Assembly: GCA_013265495.1 (NCBI GenBank)
Contig: MU057880.1
Location: 2,014,527-2,078,526, forward strand
DNA: 64,000 nt
From: Vicugna vicugna
Lineage: Eukaryota
Direction of reading: 5' to 3'
Under the pieces are notes generated by a model. It searched no databases and had not been told where the DNA came from. It saw only the letters and a list, made by a program, of their open reading frames with translations. Shown here one piece after another: positions 52,864 to 64,000 of the stretch (position 1 is its first letter; every line of letters begins with the position of its first letter). The position numbers and the translations under genes are program-made.

Positions 52864-54603
52864 CTGTAAGAGAAAAAACAAAACAAAACCAAACCCTGGT
52901 AAGAATCCAGAAATAGAGAGGAACAGGAATGGGGAATTTTCACTGGAGAAAAGACCTCGCTTTTTGAGACAAATCCACAATTACAGCATGGTTTTCCCAA
53001 CCAGAAGTAGTAAACATTGTCAGACGCACAAAGATACTTATCAAAAAAAATAAAATAAAATAAAAACAAACCAAAAAAGGATTTGGGAACTTAATTTTAC
53101 CAAATGCATAAAACACTGCTCTAAACAGTCCATGCTACTTTCTTGTAAATCCAATTAAGCAGACATCTCACTTGTCCTGAAGCAACAAGCAATCAAAACC
53201 TACATAAACACAAAGGCAGGGCAGACAATAAAAGAAAAAAAGGAGCAAAAAGTAATTTTTGAACAATATATAATATTAACTTGCCTAAGCAAAGGAGTGT
53301 GTAAATACTGCAGGATGGTATGACCAGAGAGACAGCCCAAGAATTCATAAAACAGTCATGCTGACACTTACAAAATGATATTGAGCAAGAAACGCACCAT
53401 GAATGGTCTCCTCATAGAGTCAAACATGTTGGTGGCGGGAGCGGGTTTTGGTAAAAGAAGTTTCTCAGTTAACAGGCCAATTACACGGGGAAAACACAGA
53501 GCTGTAAGATACAATTACCTTTCCTTTGAATATACGTATTCGCTGTCAACTGTCAGAAAGAGAAAGACTGCCAAATTTTTTCTATTTTAATTAACTTAGA
53601 ACAGTGAATCTTGACCAAATTGGTAGTTGCTTGAAAGCACTTTAAAAAAACAAAAAACAAAACAAACAACAATGACAAAAAAAAAAAAAAAAACACTTCC
53701 TTGGAAGCCAGTGGAAACTGTTCTGTTGTTCACCATTTGTCTGGGTTGGTTTTTCCACCATAAAGTCTTACCATAGGATCATTCTCCCTATACAAAAATA
53801 GATCCATGACAATCACAAGGAAGGTTAAAGCTATACTTGGAGCATCGAGCACTGTCTATTCTCTACTGATAAGGTAAACGCCTCAATTTCATAAGTAACA
53901 TTAACTTACATGAAGCAAACAATGTAATCCGATCAGCTTTGTTCTGAAATCCCAGCTCTGACCCCTCAGGCAATTCTGTTCTGTGTTAATTACCATACAA
54001 TGTGCTGATAAGCTAAAACCTCTACAGGTGAAACATGACAGATAATAAGTGTATGAAAAAAATCTAAAAATACTATGAATTAATACGTACAACCTTTTCA
54101 AGTAGCTATCTGACAGAACCCAAAACACTGGAGGGAAAAAATGAAAACCAATTAGTTAAACCTCCCAAAGGTGCAGGAGAGTCAGTAGATTTAAGTTATT
54201 TCCACAGCCTTATCAGCTCCCACATCTCAGCTTCAGGGCTTGGGGATAGGTAATGAGATTTTCCCATTTCACTGCAGGGGAACTTGTAACCTCCTTAGAG
54301 CTGACTGTCATCTCAATCGAAAGATAGAAAACTCCGAAGAGAACGCGGCTGTGTGGGAAAACTGGATGTGGAAATTAGTGTCCAAACCCATTGACAAGTT
54401 TTCTCTTTCAAGGGAGGAAAACAGAACTGATTGATTGCAAAATACACTTGTATTGGATCGATTAAGAGGTGCTATTATTTTGTCGCAATTTAAAGTCCTT
54501 CAGAAGCACATTTCTTCTAAGCGAAGTGGCCAGGCAACTTAAAGACCATTAACAATACTTTCTGTAATAGGGAACTTTCCTGCCTTATTTTTTCCCTTCT
54601 GGC

Positions 54604-55160
54604 TGTGAAGGGAGACAAAAAAATGCCACCCCAGAATATATGTCTTTTGGGCATGAGGGTTGTTTTGAGCTCAAGGTACTTGAAAAACAGCAAATGTAGG
54701 AGAGGCTTTTTCTAAACTCTTTTTCTCTGTCTAAAGACAGGTCCTCCAAAAGAATTTCTAGTGCCTCAAATCCCCTCCCGGGAAGTTTCATCAGCTACGG
54801 AAGATCATCACTCTCACCACAGGAGAGGACAACACTTGACGCCACACCCAGACACACCGATCACAGACTATCACCCCTCCTCCGTCTAGTCTTCCCAGGG
54901 CCATTCATCTTTCCTACAAGCCATCCACTCTGCCTTAGGAGACCCATCTCCCTCCTATTAGGATGGTGTACAAACTCTCAAGTCTCACCACTCTTTCTGG
55001 TACTCACTTTTTTTTTTGCTATGATGCCTGCCCACGTATACATAAACATTAAAAATTAATAACTGTGTGCACCTTGTATCCTGTCAGTATGACTGTTGTC
55101 AGAATAGTCCATAGACCCAGGTACCGAGGACAGGGGGGAAAACCCTCCCCTCCCCTACCG
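54604..55160 (+). mobile_element. ERV1 LTR (MER34/MER39-like)
   Basis: tgtgaagggagac...atgccaccccagaatatatgtcttttgggcatgagggttgttttgagct... ending ctcccctcccctacc. Confidence 0.7.
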
Positions 55161-56346
55161 TGTAAGCTGTGCCAATCAAACTCATTTTCTAGCCCTTTTA
55201 ACTCACTTCCAAATTTTCTCTTCCTCCAGAATCAGTCCCTCTTCCCGGAAGACTGCAGCTCCTACTCTCCATCATCCTGAGTTCAGCCCAAGGACTCTTT
55301 GAAGACTGCCCTTCTAAAATCTTGCCTCGATCATCCTGGCTTACTCTGATAAACACAGACTCATACATATACTGTTTGGCAATTATTCTGTAGCTTCTTT
55401 TCATATCTACATGTGTATCACCACACAGACTAGACCAAATGTACAGTTGTGAGTCCTGGGGAAATCATGGCTTCTGTATTTCTTGTCTAGCATTAAATAC
55501 TCATGTGTATTACCAACTAGACCAAATACACAGTGACTGTTGATGGAATTATGGCTTCCACAGTTTTGTAATTCTCTACACTTGTAAAGTATTGAATCCA
55601 CATTGCCCCTGCCCTTTCCACGTGCAGCCCTCTGAGCTGGACACAGCCTCAGGTGTGATAGTGGTGGCAGCTCCACTCAACACTTCCAAGGAAGAGGAGC
55701 ATTTCTTCCTGAGATGTGCTTTTAGGAGAAAAAATGTTTTTCCCCTCTGAAGCTTTCCAGCATTGGCCATTGCCGAACCAATCCCTAGCAAGGAGGGAGA
55801 ACCAATGGTGACTGGCTCAGGTAAGTCTTCTGGTAGAGAACAGATACTGGACAATCAATCACCTTGTCCATTATGTAATTTCACTCGTCATCACAGACAC
55901 TCACTTGGCTAAACAGGAGAGAGGTTAATCACGTGGAGAGCCGTTTTTCAGTGGAGAGAGAGAAAAACCAGGCTGGGAGAAAAGTGAGCAGGAGGTGAGT
56001 AAGTGGAGCAACCCAGGACGTGGTAGATGGAAACTAAGACACAGCAAAGTTAACAGATTATTTTAAGGTGGTAGAATCAGGAATGAAACCTGGGAATCCC
56101 AGTTCCTAGTTATCATTTCATAACAACCCTGCCATGCTGGAGGTGAAAAATTATCTATCTCCTTATTACCACCAACTGTACATTGTATTAGGTGATGGAT
56201 GGATAGACAGACATTACATTAGTCTTTTAAATTTTTAAAATCATTAGTCCTGGAAAATCTTGGATTGCTCATTCTGTAACGTATCAGCATCACTCTTCCC
56301 TCTAGCCATCTCCAAATGCTTGGATTTCTCTCCACAGTCAAGTTTG

Positions 56347-56487
56347 ATTTTTTATTTATTTTTTTATTTTGGGTGCGGGGAGGTCATTAGGTTTGTTTGT
56401 TTGTTTGTTTAATGCAGGCACTGGGGATTGAACGCAGGACCTCAAGCGTGCTAACCATGTGTTCCACCACTGAGCTCTACCCTCCCT
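56347..56487 (-). mobile_element. tRNA-Ala-derived SINE (vic-1-like)
   Basis: Minus strand gggagggtagagctcagtggtggaacacatggttagcacgcttgaggtcctgcgttcaatccccagtgcc plus (aaac)n cctaatgacctcccc plus A tail. Confidence 0.85.
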
Positions 56488-57551
56488 CCAAATTTTAAAA
56501 ATCTATTTGTTAGTAACAGCAAAAACTCAGTGTTGGCTGACAAAAATCTCTTGAAATTAAAAAAAATGGAACATGTCAAACACGTAATAGCCCTTTTTCT
56601 TTGTGTAAATACACACTTTCATGCCTCTGCTGCAGGCAACCCAATGAGAGCATTTAATCACACTTCACCTTTCTTTCTGTTACAAACTTAGAGATATTTT
56701 GAAATTTAAGTGAAAGCTCATGTAGTTTACATTCATATGCATGAATTCAGGGATTTTTTTTTAACCTAAAAAAAATACGAAAGTCATTTTTTTAGATTGA
56801 TCAATCCTAAACTAACATGAAAGTCATCTCTACACATTAAAGTATATTTTAAAAGACTAGTACTTGAGTCACTTGCTTCAAAAGAGCTGAAACAATTTGC
56901 AGTTGGCATATTTTCCTGTGTCTGCACTTCACTATATATAACCTTACAATTTGGAAAGTGGCTAGTTATTACTTATACAAAATAAGCAGGAATAAGAAGA
57001 GTTAAATGATTTTAATTAGGTCACATGCTTAATGCTCATCTCATGATTAGAGATTTGATATTCTGAATCTCAGTCCAGTGTTTCATTCATCTGACTGGGC
57101 CATTCTGTTACATTTCAAGACATCTATCAACAATTCTGACATTACTACAAAACAGGATTTATTTCATGGAAATATGATATTAATTTAAGAAAATAACTTA
57201 CTCTACTCAGGCAAAGTGATCAAATGACTAGGGAAAATAATGTTTTATATCAAAAGACCTTTTACAACCAGTCCTCTGTTGTTCACTAGCCTGAACTTGG
57301 ACTGATGTCATTACTAATATGCAAAGCTATGCACGGAATGGACCAGGCTGTACAACTGTGTGATGTAATGTTTTCCAGCACTAAAGGAAAAATCCAGAAA
57401 TTTCTTTCCAAAGAGGGAAGCTCAGTTTTCCATTAACTGCAAAACGTTCTTACTTTCACATGACCCTCTGGTGACCACACAGCACAGTTCCATTTCAAAG
57501 CTGCTGTGCATAAAATGTGCAGGTTGTAGTATGTCTCCTCTTTACTCTAAG

Positions 57552-57680
57552 GCAGTGATTCTTCACCTCTGTTTTAGCACTACAGACACCACTGAGAATA
57601 TGATGAAAGCTGTGTCCTTCTCTTAAAAAATGCACACAAAGTTTGCAATGCTGACAGTTCCTGAACTGTGGTTCCCTCTC
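57552..57680 (+). mobile_element. hAT-Charlie fragment (MER103-like)
   Basis: gagaatatgatgaaagctgtgtccttctcttaaaaaatgcacac. Confidence 0.45.
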
Positions 57681-57744
57681 TCATGGAAATAAACGCTGTC
57701 ATCCTCATCTAAAGTGAGATAAGAGAAGATTTTTTTCTTTAAAG

Positions 57745-58875
57745 CTGATGGAACTATGTCAAAGGGACACAGGAGCCAACTGAAAGAGGTCTCCGTGGCC
57801 AAATCTAGAATGATTTGAGCAATAAAATAAAGTCGTACTGGGTTATAATCTAAAGTATAAAATAAAAATCCATGAGTCGATAAAGATGTAAATAAAATGA
57901 ACGGACTGAATAAATAAATGGTAGAGGACAGACAAACCTCCCAAGCGGAATTCCAAAAATCAGCACAGACCCTCGGGTCTCACTCCCCCTCCTTCGTATG
58001 AGCCGTGGGAGGTGACTTCCTTCCAAAGAGCACCATTTGGAAAGGGGAAAGCAGTGGCTTTGCCACTGGAGAAACCTGACAACCACCACCTGAGCCAGGT
58101 GGGTGAGGTTAACCTCTTAACCTTGGCCTCTTAACCAGGTGATGTCATGTGGAGTCTGTGTACTTTTAATACACTGTGATGAGAATGTCAGCTTTAAGCC
58201 TGTGTTTCTCCTCCCCCAAACTCAAAACTGCAATCTAATCATAACTAAAACATCAGATAAATCGCAATGGAGATTAACATATACGCACTACATACAAAAT
58301 TAATAAAAACAAGGACCTACTTATAGCACGGGAACTATACTCAATATCTTGTAATAACCTATAATAGAAGATAATCTGAAAAAAAATGTATGTAGATGTA
58401 TGACTGAATCACTTTGCTGTACACCTGAAACTAACATTGTAAATCAACTATACTTCAATAAAAATAAAATTAAAAAATAAAATAAAATCAAAGACATAAA
58501 AAAATCCCAGTGGAGTGACATTCTTCAAAATACCTGACCAGAACTCCTTAAAACTGGCAGTCATGAAAAGCAAAGGAAGTCTGAGAAGCTGTCACAGCCA
58601 AGAGGAGCCTAAGGAAACGTGAGGACTAGATGGAGCGTGCGTCCTGAACGGGGCTCTGGAACAGAAAAAGGACATTAGGTAAAAACTAAGGAAGCTAAAT
58701 AAAGTACAGATTCTAGTTAATAACAATCTATCAATATTGGTTCTCTAGTAGAAATGTACCACACTAGTGAAAGATGTTCATAACAGGGGAACCAGATGCA
58801 GCATACTGACAGCTCTATATTATTTTGACAGTTCTTCTGTAAATCTAAAACTGTTCTAAAATTTTTTAAAAGTTT
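57745..58875 (+). mobile_element. L1MC-like 3'UTR, interrupted by a younger L1 tail at 58273-58501
   Basis: ggaactatgtcaaagggacacaggagccaactgaaagag...ttctgtaaatctaaaactgttctaaaa. Nested tail flanked by aaatc(g/c)ca(a/g)tggag. Confidence 0.8.
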
Positions 58876-59895
58876 ATCTGAGGGAAATAAAAAGAGCAGA
58901 GAGCCAAAAACCATAATAGACACCTCACCAAATAAGATATATGGTTGGCAAATAAACATACGAAAAGATGTTCCATATCATCTGTCATCAAGGAAATGCA
59001 ACTTAAAAAAAAATTGGACACCACTGCACACCTATTAGCATGACCGAACTCCAGAAGACTGACATCCCAAATGCTGGGGAGGTTGTGAGGAAACAGGAAC
59101 TCGTATTCACTGCTGGTGCGAAAGGAAAATGGTACAGCCACTTCAGAAGACAGTTTGGTGGCTTCTTATGAGATGAAACGTACTTGCACTACATGCTCCA
59201 GCAATCACACTCCTTGGTAGCTCCACAAAGCGGCTGAAGACGTATGTCCACACAAAAACCCGTTCATGAATGTTTATGGCAGCTTTACGCATAATTGCCA
59301 AAACTTGGAAGCAACCAAGATGTCCTTCAGTGAGCGAATGGGTCAGTAAAGCGTGGTCCATGCAGACAATGGAACATTATAAAAAGTTTATCTGAGGGAA
59401 ATAAAAAGAGCAGAGAGCCAAAAACCATAATAGACACATCACCAAATAAGATAGATGGTTGGCAAATAAACATACGAAAAGATGTTCCATATCATATGTC
59501 ATCAAGGAAATGCAACTTAAAAAAAAAACTGGACACCACTGCACACCTATTAGAATGACCGAACTCCAGAAGACTGACATCCCAAATGCTGGGGAGGTTG
59601 TGAGGAAACAGGAACTCGTATTCACTGCTGGTGCGAAAGGAAAATGGTACAGCCACTTCAGAAGACAGTTTGGTGGCTTCTTATGAGATGAAACGTACTT
59701 GCACTACATGCTCCAGCAATCACACTCCTTGGTAGCTCCACAAAGCGGCTGAAGACGTATGTCCACACAAAAACCCGTTCATGAATGTTTATGGCAGCTT
59801 TACGCATAATTGCCAAAACTTGGAAGCAACCAAGATGTCCTTCAGTGAGCGAATGGGTCAGTAAAGCGTGGTCCATGCAGACAATGGAACATTAT
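58868..59895 (+). repeat. ~514-bp head-to-tail tandem duplication of L1-derived sequence
   Basis: Copy 1 is 58868-59380, copy 2 is 59382-59895. They differ by 5 substitutions and 1 indel; the last ~340 bp are identical. Confidence 0.95.
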
Positions 59896-60815
59896 GCAGC
59901 ACTAAAACGAAATGAGCTATCAAGGCAGGGGAAGACATGGAGGAAACGGAAATGCATATTTCTAAGTGAAAGAAGCCAATCTGTTCTAAGTGAAGTAAGC
60001 CAGAAAGAGAAAGAAAAATACCATATGAGATCACTCATATGTGGAATCCTAAAAAAAAACAAAAACAAAACATAAATACAAAACAGAAACAGACTCGTAG
60101 ACATAGATTACAAACCTGTGGTTGCCAAAGGGGAGGGGGTGGGAAGGGATAGACTGGGAATTCAAAATTTGTAGATACTGGCAGGCATATGCAGAATAGA
60201 TAAACTAGATTATACTGTATAGCACAAGGGAATATATACAAGATCGTGTGGTAGCTCACAGCAAAAAGAAATGTGACAATGAATGTATATATGTTCATGT
60301 GTAACTGAAAAATTGTGCTCTACACTGGAATTTGACACAACATTGTAAAATGACTATAACTCAATTAAAAAAGTTTTTAAAAAAAAAGAAAGAAAGAAGC
60401 CAATCTGAAAAGGGTGCACAGTATAGTACAGTGACATTCTGGAAAAGGTGGAAACACAGAGACCGTAAAAAGACCGGCAGCTGCCGGGTTGGAAGTTGTG
60501 GGGAGGAACATATAGTCAGAGCACAGAGGCCTTTTAGGGCAGTGAAAATACTCTCTATGACATCATAATGATGGATTCATGTCTTTACACATTTGTCCAA
60601 ACCCACAGAACATCCAACACCAGGAGTGAACCCTCATACAAGCTAGGACTTTGAGTGATCACAACGTGGGTTCACTGACTGTAACAAATGTACCACTTGG
60701 TGAGGGAGCTGATAATGAGGAGGTAAGCTGCTGAAGGGGGGCAGAGTGAATGGAGAATCTCTGTACCTTCCTCTCAATTTTGCTGTGAATCTAAAAGTGC
60801 TCTAATAAATAAGCA
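58880..60815 (+). mobile_element. L1MC-like ORF2 end plus 3'UTR (partly duplicated, interrupted by a young L1)
   Basis: Colinear with the L1MC-like copy at 39975-40970. Confidence 0.8.
59984..60391 (+). mobile_element. Young 5'-truncated L1 with perfect 16-bp TSD
   Basis: TSD gaaagaagccaatctg at 59968-59983 and 60392-60407. L1 3'UTR with A-rich tail. Confidence 0.92.
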
Positions 60816-61069
60816 AACAAATGAATAAAAAGAACAGGAAAGAAGCTAAAAGATTCAGGAGAGGCAATCACACTTTCTTGTCCCAAAATCCACAGCCTTA
60901 ACCAGAGGCGAAGTCTGCACACCATCACGTGGAGCTGACATTCTGATCACACGCGAAGGCTGGAGCTTGTGACAATCTGCTGCTCCAAGTCTGCACACAC
61001 CCACGTCCTCACAGGTGAGTCTTCCACTTTCACCCACGTGGAGGAGGATTTTAATGGTTAGACAAATCA

Positions 61070-61420
61070 CTTGTCAGAAAAGAAAGTTTCCGGTGACAAA
61101 AGGATGTGGCACAGAAACGTGAGGAACCCCAACATTTAACGAGCAGCTGGAGGAAGATAAGCCAATAGTTAAAACAAAGAATAAACTGCCCAAGAAGGAG
61201 GAGGGAATCCAGAAGTGTGTGACGTCAACAAGAACTCCGGGAAAATGAACACTTGATGGAAGGGCTGGTTCACAGGACTAAATGCCGGTGAGGGGTGGGT
61301 ATGATGAGGACTGAAAACTCCCCGCAGGACGTGGCCAAGGGAGAGCTGTTTTTCAGGTGAGACGGGGCTGAAGCCAGGTTGGAGTGGACTGGATGGTGAG
61401 CAGTAGGGAGGGAGATGGAA
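61070..61420 (-). mobile_element. L2 fragment
   Basis: gaggaaccccaacatttaa...atgaggactgaaaa...gctgaagccaggttggagtggactg resembles antisense L2. Confidence 0.5.
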
Positions 61421-61884
61421 GGAAACGCGTGATTGGGAGTGACATCTGCCGGATGGAACAGGGAATTCCAGACTCTCCCTCCTCCCTGGACACACCGACC
61501 CAGTAGCAAGGCACGGATCCACCCTTTTTGTGAGACATCCAGAAACTCGCTGAGAGGCGTCCACACCAAACCAGCAGCAATGAAACCAGTAGGAGAAGCA
61601 GAGACACCATCTGGCCACAAACCTCATCCCCCAGCACAATATGTACCAGAGAGAGAGCAGGGGAAGAGTCCGACCAACCTCCCAGCTCCTCCAGGGGCCA
61701 CGCCAGGGACCAGCTTCTAGCTCACCTGTCCCAGGACAGTGACGGGGCTGCAGACGCCCATGCCCTGGGGACGCCCAAGAACAAATCCATGGCCAGACCA
61801 AGGGGCACTGGCCAAGGCTACTCCCATCCCCTTAGTGCACAGCTTTGAGCTGTCAGCCCCAGCCCCTCCCTGTCCCTGCACTCC

Positions 61885-62375
61885 CAGGGTCACTGCAGCC
61901 TTCTGCACAGTCACCACCATGTACAAACAACCCAATGTCCACTGACAGATGGATGGATTCCAAAAGAGGTGGTCTATACCTACACTGGAATACTACTCAG
62001 CCCTGCAAAAGGAAATCCTGCAACACACGGCCACGTGGATAGACCTGAAGGGCATTACAACAGTGAGTGATACAATCCAGGGACAGAAGCACCGATACTG
62101 CATGATTCCACGTGTATGAGGAATCTGAAATAGCCACACCTGGAGAAGCAAAGGGAACAATGGTGGTTGGCTGGAGTGAGGGGGATGTCAGAGTTGCACA
62201 TCAAAAGATATAAAGTGTCAGTTATGCAAGATGAGTAAATTCTAGAGATCTGCTATGCAACATGGTCCCTGGAGTCAACAACGCTGGGTTGTGAACAAAA
62301 ATCTGTGAAAGGGGGTAGATCTCTTGTTCACTGTTCTTGCCACGATGAAAATCTTTCTCATTAAAAGAAACCACA
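61885..62375 (+). mobile_element. L1MA/MB-like 3' fragment
   Basis: aaacaacccaatgtccactgacagatggatgg...ctggaatactactcagcc...gttatgcaagatgagtaaattctagagatctgc. Confidence 0.75.
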
Positions 62376-64000
62376 CAATTTCCAGCGACAACCCTCCAGA
62401 AAGGAAAATCTGAACCTACGTACACATACAACATGTTTTAACTGAGTTATTGCTCAATTTAGTGTAGAGGAAAAAATCAGTCAAAATGATTATTTTTTTT
62501 TTAACCAAAGCAGCTGATTATTTGAGCTATTTACATAGCTAATATTTGAAGACTAAATTTAATTTCCTGGCTTTCTTCTAAGGAAAATCTAGCAAATGAA
62601 GAGCTAAAAAGTGAACACGAGCTGGACAAAACGCCATTGGACTGTGTTCCTAAATACTTCTACTTCGAAAACTGATAAAATAAATCCACTTTTGTTACCG
62701 CCCGCCCCCCAAGAGGAGAGTTTGATTATATCAACTCCAGAAAAGCAGCAGTGATTAGAAACAGGTGTGGGTCGCAGCAACACGTTGCCATTTTCCTTTA
62801 CATTTGTCTGTGACGTAAAACCTAAGGAGGTGATGAAAGATTCAGCTGAGTGGAGAAATGTGAAATAATCGCAATTTCAGATTCCCCCCCAAAACAGGAA
62901 GCAATGGAATCTAAATCAAGGGTGGAAGAAAACTGAATCAGACAGATTTCAGGTCTTCCTTAAAAGATCCAAGCCAACAACCCAGGACGACTTTCTTGTT
63001 TACCTGCCAAGAATTAAGTTATCACATGAGCAGCTTAAAGATTAAAAAATGAAATATACTGAATTGTATTTTCAGACAATTCAGAACCTTAAAGGTAACC
63101 AAAAATACATCAGTATCACTGATCTTGAAATCGATGTTTTAAAGGTATTATGATACAGTATCCAGCACTGTTGCCAAATGATCCATTAATCATGATTAAT
63201 ATCAATCATGATATTATTTAATATTTGTTAACACTTTTTTGGGAGGGCAATGTTCTCTGAATGTAAATTTTCGAGAGCTGAAACTATTTCTCCCAGGCAT
63301 GGGTTCCATATTTAAATAGAACTGCAATTCTGAATATACTGCACAGAGAGTATTCAACAAGTGTTTAGTGAGAAGCAGGGCCAGGCATTTCCCGAAAACT
63401 TGGAACAGTACACGCAAAACAACGTGCAAAAAAACACTGCCCTTGGGGAGCTCAACCCCTACTCATGGCCTGGTCACCACCAGACAGGCGTCCCAAAGCC
63501 TCCAGGTCCCATTTCTCAAAGAGCACTGCTCAGGGCTGACGTCTGCATTTGACGCAGTTTCAAATACCCATGAACCCAGGTCCAGCCACATTTACACCAA
63601 GATGCTTATTCCAACGCTATGATAAATTTCTTCATTCCCCATTTATTGGCTTTGTCAATTTTCCCACATATGGTTTGTTGCTTACTTTTTTATTTAATGT
63701 TTGACTGAGAATCGGAAACATGCCTGAGTCCATATCGTGTCAGTGAACAGCCCCGCATTTCGTGTGTATCTGTGTGAAGATGGAAGTGCTGATTCTAATC
63801 TTTGTACAGAAACGAAAAGAACCCACAGTGGCCAAGGCGATGAGGAAGGAGAACAAAGCAGAGGCTGTGCAGGCATCCCGCTACCGGGATGCACAAGGCT
63901 AGGAGCACCAGACCAGCAGGACAGGAAAGAGCAGCAGTAACTGATGCACAGAAACATCCAAGTGCAGTTCAGCAGAGCAGGGACAGCCTTTTCCATAAAC

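Noticed and set aside
61169..61801. 210-aa minus-strand ORF in intron 2 as a possible GLRB exon 2
   Set aside because: No similarity to the GlyR-beta signal peptide or N-terminus, and it overlaps L2-like sequence. Exons 1-2 are not in the window.
63185..63200. 16-bp perfect palindrome ATTAATCATGATTAAT
   Set aside because: Within chance expectation for AT-rich sequence and has no supporting context.

Overview
Mammalian genomic DNA, most likely camelid (five tRNA-Ala-derived vic-1-type SINEs). The window holds exons 3-10 of the glycine receptor beta subunit gene GLRB on the minus strand: 52863-52757, 50963-50896, 34486-34257, 34151-34069, 32492-32352, 27700-27548, 18330-18038 and 15025-14729. 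All junctions are GT-AG, phases are consistent, and the 1372 coding nt end in TGA. A ~1.35 kb 3'UTR follows. Exons 1-2 with the start codon lie beyond position 64000. The rest is intronic or intergenic sequence with L1, L2, MIR, MaLR/ERV LTRs, DNA-transposon MITEs and a 253-nt purine microsatellite. Almost all ORFs in the supplied track are spurious. I found no evidence for a novel gene system. The most notable signals are an abrupt GC3/CpG shift in exons 8-10, a near-identical ~514-bp tandem duplication (possibly an assembly artefact), a young L1 inserted at the homologous site of an old L1, a twin-primed L1 inversion, candidate in-frame cassette exons in intron 9, and inverted SINEs flanking exons 3-4. 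Repeat subfamily names come from recalled consensus sequences, not from a database search.
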